Part shown: piece after piece, positions 7,804-15,147 of the stretch
Layout of the letters: each line of letters begins with the position of its first letter
Numbering within the stretch: position 1 is the first letter of the stretch
NCBI GenBank assembly: GCA_964525365.1
Contig: CAZGGW010000001.1
Coordinates: 1-56,207 of the forward strand
Direction of reading: 5' to 3'
Length of the DNA stretch: 56,207 nt
Source: an uncultured Muribaculaceae bacterium
GTDB taxonomy: Bacteria; Bacillota_I; Bacilli_A; RF39; UBA660
Made by a program: the position numbers and the translations under genes
Notes under the pieces: generated by a model
The model's database searches: none
What the model saw: only the letters and a program-made list of their open reading frames with translations
What the model was told of the DNA's origin: nothing

Positions 7804-8886
7804 ATGGATAATAATTTAGTTGAACTCATTAATGGAATTAGTGAAATTGATGTAAAAACCTTTGTTAGTCAAACTAAAAGTGATTTTTTAGTTCGTACGT
7901 CTACTGAAAGCGTTAAATATGATTTTAGTTGGATTAATATGATTGAAGAATCATTACCATATATTGATAATATAATAAGAAATCCCAGACGTTTTATGGT
8001 ACCCGAAGAGGAAGTTGTAATAATTGAAAAGACAAAAAAAGTTACTAAAGATAGTATAAAACATTTGGCACAGCACACTTCATTAATTAGAGATGTTGAA
8101 CCAGATGGTACGGTTAAACCTTCTAAGTTATTGAATACTTATAAAGAAGAAACTATAGATTTATATGAAAACAGATTTATTTACTCGTTACTTAAAAATT
8201 TGTATGTTTTTATGTTAAATCAATCAAGTTTTTTACCGGTAGCCTCTTATAGCAGCAGGATTAAAAAGGTTCAGTATAGAGCCCAAACTAAAATAAAAAA
8301 AGAAAATATTCGTATGAATTTAGTTTTAGAAAGCACATACAAAGAAGAAAGTAATGAAGATATAAGTAAAATTCAGGAAAGAATAAAAAATATTAATCAA
8401 ATAGTGAGTGATTTTAATTCTAGCGCTTTTATGAAGAATTTGGTTAATATTTCTCCAGTTAAATCTCCAATTAGAAGAACAAATGTCATTTTAAAAGATC
8501 AAAATTTTAGAAAAGCACTTGAATTATGGGAATTTTTAGAAGAATATAATTTGAATGATCCAACTAAGAAAGAAAAAAGTGAAGTAGAAGATAGTAATTC
8601 ATTAATAAAAAACAAATACGATTTAACTTACTTTATTAACTATGATGCTTTAGAAAGAAAAATTGAAAATACAAATAAATCTCTAAGTGAAATGTACCTC
8701 ACAAAAATCATTGATGAAATGATAAAAAATAACACTAATGTTTCGGATATTAAAAAACTTATAACAAAGGAATTTAATAGTGCCGTTAAGAGAAAAGAAA
8801 AGTATAATAAAGAAATATGTGATTATTTTAAATTATTGAGGGAAGCTCAAGATAAGATGATATCTAAAGCAATTAAATTAATTTAG
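7804..8886 (+). CDS. McrC N-terminal / DUF2357-like protein without a recognisable nuclease domain (gene C)
   Basis: It sits immediately downstream of the McrB-like gene, in the canonical mcrB-mcrC order. IDLYENRFIYSLLKNL (ENRF at nt 8167-8178), the upstream LPYIDNIIRNPRRFMVPEEEVVIIEK, and later NVILKDQNFRKALELWEFL resemble the conserved blocks of DUF2357/McrC N-terminal regions. The protein is only 360 aa and ends in a K/E-rich helical tail. Confidence 0.55.
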   Translation: MDNNLVELINGISEIDVKTFVSQTKSDFLVRTSTESVKYDFSWINMIEESLPYIDNIIRNPRRFMVPEEEVVIIEKTKKVTKDSIKHLAQHTSLIRDVEPDGTVKPSKLLNTYKEETIDLYENRFIYSLLKNLYVFMLNQSSFLPVASYSSRIKKVQYRAQTKIKKENIRMNLVLESTYKEESNEDISKIQERIKNINQIVSDFNSSAFMKNLVNISPVKSPIRRTNVILKDQNFRKALELWEFLEEYNLNDPTKKEKSEVEDSNSLIKNKYDLTYFINYDALERKIENTNKSLSEMYLTKIIDEMIKNNTNVSDIKKLITKEFNSAVKRKEKYNKEICDYFKLLREAQDKMISKAIKLI

Positions 8887-8889
8887 TAA

Positions 8890-8918
8890 TTGTAAAAAAT
8901 ATATCTATTTTGTATAAT
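8890..8918 (+). promoter_or_regulatory. Possible internal promoter in front of gene D
   Basis: TTGTAA (8890-8895), a 17-nt spacer, then TATAAT (8913-8918) with TG immediately upstream. GGAGGA lies before ATG 8935. Such a match could arise by chance in AT-rich DNA. Confidence 0.3.
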
Positions 8919-8934
8919 AATATGTGGAGGAACT

Positions 8935-10344
8935 ATGGATAAAGACAATGAGAATAAATCAAAACAAGCGAAAAAAGTTGAAACTAAAGATGACATTTCT
9001 AAAAAAATAGATGATATTGTTAATAAAAGAAAAAAAGAAAATGAAGAACAAGAAGATTTAGTTAAAAATTTTAAGCCTCAAATTGATAAAGAAAGATTGG
9101 ATTTAACAGAGTTTGATCAAAAAGAGGAACAAGAGCAATTCAATATAATCAAAGAAATTTTAACTAGAATGTATGGTGATAATTTAGAAGTTACTAATAC
9201 AATGATTTTCAAGTGTGTTAGATTAACTTGTAATAAGAAAGATATTACTACTTATTTACCATGTAATTTAATGGTTGATAAAAAGAAGAACGAATTAATA
9301 TTTCAGTTTATAAAAAGCAAAAAAATTAATCCAGTGATTTTTGTTCTTGCAGTTTTTGCTTTCTTAATTGCAACAGCCGCTAGTACATATTCTGCGACTA
9401 TTTATATGAAAAGAGCAAAATTAAATAAAGATATAGACGGAGACAAAATTCCTGATATTAATATAGATTTAAATTCTGATGATACAGCTGACATTAACAT
9501 TGATATAAATGATGATAACAAGCCAGATGTAAATATAGACTATTATAGTAATTGGAGTTCTGTATTTAATATTGATACAACTGGTGATGGAAAAGCTGAC
9601 TCAAACTTAGTAACAGATGCAAGTACTGATGAATTATATAAAAACTGTAAATTGAATTGTGATATAGATGGAGACGGTTGGCCCGAAGTTAATTTAGATA
9701 CTGATGGTGATGGTGTAGCAAACTTTAATATTGATTTAGATAAAGATAAAATCCCAGACTTAAATATAGATTTGGATGGTGATATGAAATGTGACATTAT
9801 GTGCGACACTAATGATGATAACAAATGTGATTTGAATTGTATATATTCTGATAGTGGATACAAAGAAAATGGAAGTTCTAGTGAGACTGGTAATCCTAAT
9901 GCGGGTACGGAATCAGCATCTTTAAAAATTGTGTATAGTGAGAATAGCTTAGTAACAGCTGAAAATATATTTCCAACAGATCAAGAAGGAATAAGTACAG
10001 AAGTTCCGGATAAAATACTTACAGTAGAAAATAAAAGCACGATAAAGTTAAAATATAGTATAAAATTAATAGTTTATACAAATACATTTAATGTAAACGG
10101 ACATAATAATTTTCAGTATAAAATATCTTCTAGTAATGGTGGATATGAAACAGATTGGACCGCTGCGCCTACATCAACTACTGTAATAAAGTATGACATA
10201 ATAATAAAACCTAAAGTTATACAAAAATATACATTCTCACTAAGATTAAAAGGAACGGGAACAAATCAGAATTATGACCAAGGAAAAGAATTTAAGGCAA
10301 AAATAGAGGTTAATACTACAGATACGTTATCTGAAGTTCAGTAG
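8935..10344 (+). CDS. Single-pass membrane protein with Asp-rich Ca-binding-like repeats and a beta-rich C-terminal ectodomain (gene D)
   Basis: 469 aa. K/E-rich N-terminal region of about 130 aa with 3 Cys, then a TM helix at aa about 131-157 (INPVIFVLAVFAFLIATAASTYSATIY). Aa 166-301 carry DxDxDG/N..PD(I/V)N(I/L)D repeats. Aa about 320-469 are rich in alternating beta-like sequence. Confidence 0.75.
   Translation: MDKDNENKSKQAKKVETKDDISKKIDDIVNKRKKENEEQEDLVKNFKPQIDKERLDLTEFDQKEEQEQFNIIKEILTRMYGDNLEVTNTMIFKCVRLTCNKKDITTYLPCNLMVDKKKNELIFQFIKSKKINPVIFVLAVFAFLIATAASTYSATIYMKRAKLNKDIDGDKIPDINIDLNSDDTADINIDINDDNKPDVNIDYYSNWSSVFNIDTTGDGKADSNLVTDASTDELYKNCKLNCDIDGDGWPEVNLDTDGDGVANFNIDLDKDKIPDLNIDLDGDMKCDIMCDTNDDNKCDLNCIYSDSGYKENGSSSETGNPNAGTESASLKIVYSENSLVTAENIFPTDQEGISTEVPDKILTVENKSTIKLKYSIKLIVYTNTFNVNGHNNFQYKISSSNGGYETDWTAAPTSTTVIKYDIIIKPKVIQKYTFSLRLKGTGTNQNYDQGKEFKAKIEVNTTDTLSEVQ
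9430..9837 (+). repeat. Coding repeat: degenerate Asp-rich units (thrombospondin type-3-like / DxDxDG Ca-binding-like)
   Basis: DIDGDKIPDINIDLNSDDTADINIDINDDNKPDVNID ... CDIDGDGWPEVNLDTDGDGVANFNIDLDKDKIPDLNIDLDGDMKCDIMCDTNDDNKCDLNC. About 9-10 degenerate units are seen in the translation. Confidence 0.7.
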
Positions 10345-10360
10345 TCATCATGTTTTTAAA

Positions 10361-10389
10361 GTTAGAAATGGGATTTTCTAACTTTTTTT
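10361..10389 (+). terminator. Rho-independent terminator of the four-gene operon
   Basis: Stem GTTAGAAA / TTTCTAAC (8 bp), a 6-nt loop, then T7. Confidence 0.8.
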
Positions 10390-10454
10390 AATATTTTGAT
10401 TTTAATAATCATTAAGTTATGATATAATAAATACGATTTAAGGAGGTGTTTTTG

Positions 10455-10625
10455 ATGGCAAAGAAAGAAAATAGAGAAAAAGTAGCATTGAAGTGTTCTG
10501 TTTGCGGTGAAATTGGATATCTGACAAACAAAAACAAACAAAATACTAATGAAAAATTAGAAATGAAGAAATTTTGTAAAAAGTGTAGAAAAACTACATT
10601 ACATAATGAAAGAAAGGCTAGTTAA
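10455..10625 (+). CDS. rpmG: 50S ribosomal protein L33 (Zn-ribbon form)
   Basis: 56-aa ORF missing from the track: MAKKENREKVALKCSVCGEIGYLTNKNKQNTNEKLEMKKFCKKCRKTTLHNERKAS. It has the two CxxC pairs and KxxxH pattern of L33. AGGAGG RBS at 10441-10446, with an extended -10 TGaTATAAT upstream. Confidence 0.85.
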   Translation: MAKKENREKVALKCSVCGEIGYLTNKNKQNTNEKLEMKKFCKKCRKTTLHNERKAS

Positions 10626-10627
10626 TT

Positions 10628-11185
10628 GTGATTAATGTAAATGATTTAAAAAATGGAATGACTATTTTATATGAAGGAGTGATATATCAAGTAGTTGAAT
10701 TTCAACATGTTAAACCTGGTAAAGGTAGTGCGTTTGTAAGAACTAAACTAAAAAATCTACGTGCTGGTACTACTCAAGAAATCACTTTTAATGCTGGAAT
10801 TAAGATAGAAAAAGCAAATGTTGAGAAAAAGCAATTATCTTATCTTTATGATTCTGGTCCTTCATATGTGTTTATGGATAATAAAACCTATGAACAAATA
10901 GAGCTTCCAAGTGATATGCTTGAAAGTGAAAAATATTTATTAAAAGAGAATATGAATGTTGATGTAATGAATTACAATGGTGAGGTAATAGGAATTACTC
11001 TTCCGGAAAAGGTTTCATATAAAGTTATTGAAACTGAAAATGCCGTTAAAGGTAATACTACAAGTGGTGCTTTGAAAGATGCTACCATTGAAACTGGTTA
11101 TACATTAAAAGTACCATTATTCATAGGCGAAGGTGAAGAAATAATTATTACTACAAGAGATGGAAAGTATTCTTCTAGAGCATAA
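10628..11185 (+). CDS. efp: Elongation factor P
   Basis: 185 aa with a GTG start. NDLKNGMTILYEGVIYQVVEFQHVKPGKGSAFVRTKLKNLRAG is the EF-P N-terminal signature, including the KPGKG loop. Confidence 0.92.
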   Translation: MINVNDLKNGMTILYEGVIYQVVEFQHVKPGKGSAFVRTKLKNLRAGTTQEITFNAGIKIEKANVEKKQLSYLYDSGPSYVFMDNKTYEQIELPSDMLESEKYLLKENMNVDVMNYNGEVIGITLPEKVSYKVIETENAVKGNTTSGALKDATIETGYTLKVPLFIGEGEEIIITTRDGKYSSRA

Positions 11186-11186
11186 T

Positions 11187-11486
11187 ATGACTGATAATTT
11201 TAAAAAAATGATTGAATCAATGACTTCAAGATATATGAGTTTAATATCAAGAGAAGAATTAACAAAAATATATAAAGAATTTAATAATGATCCAGAAACA
11301 ATTTCAAAAGAAATAGCGAATTATATAAAATTTTATATGGATAAAGGATGCGTTAATTGCATTTGTCCAATTTGTAGTATTCCATATAATGAGAAAATTG
11401 GGTATGAAGATGGATTTCCTATAGGCAATAAATGTTTGTTTTGGGAAAACGATGAATACTTAGAAAGAAAATTACAATTAAAGTAA
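11187..11486 (+). CDS. Hypothetical Cys-cluster protein (99 aa)
   Basis: The track ORF starts at 11160 inside efp. ATG 11187 lies 1 nt after the efp stop. The protein contains CVNCICPIC, a possible metal-binding cluster. No family recognised. Confidence 0.5.
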   Translation: MTDNFKKMIESMTSRYMSLISREELTKIYKEFNNDPETISKEIANYIKFYMDKGCVNCICPICSIPYNEKIGYEDGFPIGNKCLFWENDEYLERKLQLK

Positions 11487-11545
11487 TTTTTTTTATCATA
11501 ATAATTCTAATAATTGTATATATTGTATTAGCAAAGGGGATTATA

Positions 11546-12043
11546 ATGATTAATAAACAAAGTTTATGGTTCTTAACTTTATTCAGCTTGGTATTAATAT
11601 TAGGAATATATTATATTACTATGCCAAATAATCTATTGAAATCTAATGAAGAAGTAGAAAAAGTTAATAAAGAAGTGACTGTCAATGTAGAAGAAAATGA
11701 TATGTTAGTAGCATTAAGAGTTGAAAGAGATGAAAAAATTTCTTTGAAGATGGGAGATTTACAAAGTGTCTTAACATCCGTGGAATCTAGTACTGAAGAA
11801 AAAAATTCTGCATTTGAGGAATTAAGATTGTTAAATTTAACTAAAGGAGAAGAACAAGAATTAGAAGAAAAATTGTATACAGAATTAAAAATTAAATCTT
11901 ATATAGAAATAAATGGTGACCAAATTAAAGTTATAATTAATTCTAAAGAACATGACAGTAAAATTGCAAATAGTATAATGCGTTCTATTCAAAAAGAATA
12001 CGTTGAAAAAAAGTATATAACTGTAAAATTTGAATCTCCTTAG
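11546..12043 (+). CDS. SpoIIIAH-like protein
   Basis: The N-terminus MINKQSLWFLTLFSLVLILGIYYITMP closely parallels B. subtilis SpoIIIAH (MLKKQTVWLLTMLSLVVVLSVYY, from memory). It lies downstream of efp, as the spoIIIA operon does in Bacillus. Confidence 0.6.
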   Translation: MINKQSLWFLTLFSLVLILGIYYITMPNNLLKSNEEVEKVNKEVTVNVEENDMLVALRVERDEKISLKMGDLQSVLTSVESSTEEKNSAFEELRLLNLTKGEEQELEEKLYTELKIKSYIEINGDQIKVIINSKEHDSKIANSIMRSIQKEYVEKKYITVKFESP

Positions 12044-12120
12044 GCTACTTACTCTCACTAATATGTTTTTATTTCATAAAATATTTTAGATAAAATAATA
12101 AAATATAAAGGTGGGATAGT

Positions 12121-12330
12121 GTGAACAAAAACATATTGACTAAAAGAGAAAAAGAAGTATTTGATCTTTTAGTAACAAATAAAAGTACAAAAGAGATAGC
12201 GGATGAATTATTTATAAGTGAAAAAACTGTGAGAAATCATATATCAAATTCTATGCAAAAGCTAGGAGCTAAGGGACGTGCAGGCGCAGTTATTGAACTA
12301 TTAAAATTAGGAGAAATTTCTTTGAAATGA
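12121..12330 (+). CDS. LuxR/GerE-family HTH transcriptional regulator (stand-alone DNA-binding domain)
   Basis: 69 aa with a GTG start. LTKREKEVFDLLVTNKSTKEIADELFISEKTVRNHISNSMQKLG is the GerE/LuxR C-terminal HTH. Confidence 0.85.
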   Translation: MNKNILTKREKEVFDLLVTNKSTKEIADELFISEKTVRNHISNSMQKLGAKGRAGAVIELLKLGEISLK

Positions 12331-12348
12331 CCTTTGTGGTCATTTTTT
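12325..12348 (+). terminator. Rho-independent terminator overlapping the GerE-like stop codon
   Basis: Stem AAATGACC / GGTCATTT with loop TTTGT, followed by a T-run. Confidence 0.65.
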
Positions 12349-12382
12349 AATTCAAACAATAATATAATTATATAGGTGAATT

Positions 12383-13297
12383 ATGTTAAAAAAAATGAGT
12401 ATAAAAAAAATTACTATTACAACTACTGCATTATTGGTTTTTCTACTATTTTCAATATTTCCATCCAAACAAAGCATAGCTAATAATATTAATATAAAAT
12501 ATGAAGATGCTGAGAAAAACTCTGTAGTTTTTTTATTAAATGAGAATGATTACTTAGTTCGAGTAAATGTATATATCGAACAAACTAAAAAAGAAGAAAA
12601 AATAAATTCAAAAATTAATTATTTAATTAAAAACAACAAATCAATTGATAGTTTTATGGGATTGTTACCGAGCAATACCAAAGTATTAAATATAGAAATA
12701 AAAGATAAATGTGTAATTGTAAATTTTTCAAAAGAATTTTTAGATATGGATATTGATAAAGAAGAAAATATTATTGAGTCTCTTGTATATTCTTTAACAG
12801 AGGAAGATAATATAGAATCTATTAGTATTTACGTTGAGAACAATTTATTAACCGAACTCCCTAATTCAAAGAAAAAAATACCAGAGTTTCTGGATAGAAG
12901 TTATGGAATAAATAAAGAATATGATATAACATCACTTGTGAATTTAACATCCACTACAATTTATTATACGAGTGTTGTTAACAATGAAGTGTATTATGTT
13001 CCAGTAACAAAAATCAGTAATGATAATACAGAAAAAATTGACATTATAATAAATGAATTAAAAAGTTCATTAATATATCAAAGCAATTTAAATAGTTATT
13101 TAAAAAGTGACGTAAAATTAAAAAATTATGAAATAACAGAAGAAACAATAAATTTATATTTTAATGAAAATATATTTGATGATCTTAATTCTAAAACAAT
13201 TTTAGAAGAGGTAAAATATACGATTACCCAATCAATTAAAGAAAATTATGAGGTAGAAAAGGTTGAATTTTATGTAAACGATATGCTAGTTAATTAA
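12383..13297 (+). CDS. GerM-like (GerMN domain) lipoprotein/secreted protein
   Basis: 304 aa with an N-terminal signal/TM segment. Two segments look like GerMN repeats (VIVNFSKEFLD...ESLVYSLTEEDNIESISIYVEN; INLYFNENIFD...ILEEVKYTITQSIKENYEVEKVEFYVND). Confidence 0.55.
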   Translation: MLKKMSIKKITITTTALLVFLLFSIFPSKQSIANNINIKYEDAEKNSVVFLLNENDYLVRVNVYIEQTKKEEKINSKINYLIKNNKSIDSFMGLLPSNTKVLNIEIKDKCVIVNFSKEFLDMDIDKEENIIESLVYSLTEEDNIESISIYVENNLLTELPNSKKKIPEFLDRSYGINKEYDITSLVNLTSTTIYYTSVVNNEVYYVPVTKISNDNTEKIDIIINELKSSLIYQSNLNSYLKSDVKLKNYEITEETINLYFNENIFDDLNSKTILEEVKYTITQSIKENYEVEKVEFYVNDMLVN

Positions 13298-13364
13298 TTT
13301 CTTTGAATACCTGAATAGACATTTTAATTAAAATTTGATACAATATTTTAGTAAAGAGGAAGTT

Positions 13365-13796
13365 ATGAAGATAATTTTATTAAAAGATATTAAGTCTTTA
13401 GGAAAAAAGGATGATATAAAAGAGGTAAAAGATGGATATGGAAAATTCTTAATTACTTCTGGGTCAGCTGTTTCATATACTAAAAAAAGTAATGAAATAT
13501 TATCAAATCAAATAAAAGAAAAAAGTAAAGAAGTTGAAGATTTAATAAGAGAAAACACTGATTTGAAAAACAAGTTAGAAAAATTGAATCTTGATTTTAA
13601 GGTAAAAGTAGGAAAAAATAACAAGATGTTTGGTACTATTACCGCCAAAATGATAAGCGAAAAATTAAAAACTTTAGGTTTTGACATAGATAAAAAGAAA
13701 ATTGAGTGTAAAGATCTTAATACATTGGGAGAATTTAATATAAATATAAATTTATATAAGAAAATAATAGCAAAGATTAAAGTAATAGTTAGTTAG
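13365..13796 (+). CDS. rplI: 50S ribosomal protein L9
   Basis: MKIILLKDIKSLGKKDDIKEVKDGYGKFLI is the L9 N-terminus. ATG 13365 follows the RBS AAAGAGGAAG. The track start at 13335 is upstream of the RBS. Confidence 0.9.
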   Translation: MKIILLKDIKSLGKKDDIKEVKDGYGKFLITSGSAVSYTKKSNEILSNQIKEKSKEVEDLIRENTDLKNKLEKLNLDFKVKVGKNNKMFGTITAKMISEKLKTLGFDIDKKKIECKDLNTLGEFNININLYKKIIAKIKVIVS

Positions 13797-13806
13797 TAGG
13801 AGTATT

Positions 13807-15147
13807 ATGGCAAGAAAAGAACCACAAAATATTGATGCTGAGATTAATGCGCTAGGAAGTGCATTTTTAAGCGTATCCGTTTTAGATAAAATATGTGAAG
13901 AATTAACTGAAGATATGTTTTTTAGTAAGCAAAATCAAATTCTTTATAAAGTAATAAAGCTTTTACATACTAAAGAAATTCCAATTGACGCTACCACAGT
14001 AATAAATGAATTAGAAAAAAGCGACGAACTTTCAAAGGTTGGAGGAGTGGAGTATATAACTGAGGTATTATCTTCAGTTGCTTCAGTAGCGAATATACAA
14101 TATTATGTAAATATCATTTTTGAAAAATATATTTTACGAACATTAATTAATAAAACAACTGAAATACAAACTGACTGTTATGAAGAAAAAGAAGAAGTAG
14201 ATCAAATAGTAGAAGATGCTGAAAAATCAATATTAAGTGTAAATAATGATAGACTTGGTAAAGAAATAATGTCTATTCAAGATATTCTTCCAGAGGTACA
14301 AGCTAACATTGAAGAACTTGCTAAAAACAAAGGAAAAGTGACAGGAGTATCTACTGGATTTTATGAATTAGATAAAATCACAAGAGGTTTTCAGCCACAT
14401 GAAGTAATTATTATCGCTGGACGTCCTGGTGGTGGTAAATCTGCTTTAGCACTTAATATTGCTACTAATGTTGCGATTAATGAAAAGAAATCAGTAGCTT
14501 TATTTAGTTTGGAAATGGGTGCAGAAGAACTTGCTAAAAGAATGTTTTCTTCAGTTGGACAAATTGAATCTGATAATATAAAAACTGGTAAACTTAATAA
14601 TAATGATTGGAAGAAGTTGAATGAAGCAATTAGTGAACTTGCAGATACAAAATTATTTTTAGATGATACAGCTGGAATAACTGTTGGAGAAATCAGAAGA
14701 AAATGTAGAAGAATTAAAAATTCTAGTTCTGGGCTTGATTTAATCGTAATAGATTATTTACAACTTATAAGTAGCTCTGCTAAATATGCTGGAAATCGTG
14801 TACAAGAAGTCAGTGAGGTTTCACGTGATTTAAAAAAACTTGCTATGGAAATGAACGTCCCGGTAATAGCTTTAGCACAATTATCTCGTAGTTCTGAAGC
14901 CAGAAAAGGTGATGAAAGAAAACCTAGACTTAGTGATTTGAGAGAGAGCGGAAGTATAGAACAAGATGCTGATATAGTATCATTTATTTATAGTGATGAT
15001 TATTATGATAATATAAGTGCGATATCTTCTGAAGTACAAGTTATAGTTGCTAAAAATAGAAGTGGATCTACCGGAATTGCAAATTTATTATTTGAGAAAA
15101 ATATGGGTAGTTTTAAAAATTATAAAACGAGGGAAGAAAATGAGTAA
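13807..15147 (+). CDS. dnaB: Replicative DNA helicase
   Basis: 446 aa. Walker A GRPGGGKSALAL, Walker B LIVIDYLQL, and SRDLKKLAMEMNVPVIALAQLSR. The rplI-dnaB adjacency is typical of Firmicutes. Confidence 0.92.
   Translation: MARKEPQNIDAEINALGSAFLSVSVLDKICEELTEDMFFSKQNQILYKVIKLLHTKEIPIDATTVINELEKSDELSKVGGVEYITEVLSSVASVANIQYYVNIIFEKYILRTLINKTTEIQTDCYEEKEEVDQIVEDAEKSILSVNNDRLGKEIMSIQDILPEVQANIEELAKNKGKVTGVSTGFYELDKITRGFQPHEVIIIAGRPGGGKSALALNIATNVAINEKKSVALFSLEMGAEELAKRMFSSVGQIESDNIKTGKLNNNDWKKLNEAISELADTKLFLDDTAGITVGEIRRKCRRIKNSSSGLDLIVIDYLQLISSSAKYAGNRVQEVSEVSRDLKKLAMEMNVPVIALAQLSRSSEARKGDERKPRLSDLRESGSIEQDADIVSFIYSDDYYDNISAISSEVQVIVAKNRSGSTGIANLLFEKNMGSFKNYKTREENE

Noticed and set aside
7869-8078. 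69-aa minus-strand ORF inside gene C
   Set aside because: Antisense shadow ORF with no RBS.
8560-8700. Possible degenerate PD-(D/E)xK motif in gene C (KYDLTYFINYDALERKIE)
   Set aside because: The spacing and the lack of hydrophobic beta-strand context around the acidic residues do not fit the canonical hD...(D/E)xK arrangement. I keep it only as something a structure prediction should check.
9543-9863. 106-aa minus-strand ORF opposite the Asp-repeat region
   Set aside because: Its Ser/Ile/Leu-rich periodic product is simply the complement of the GAT/AAT-rich repeat codons. The sense frame gives a coherent 469-aa membrane protein.
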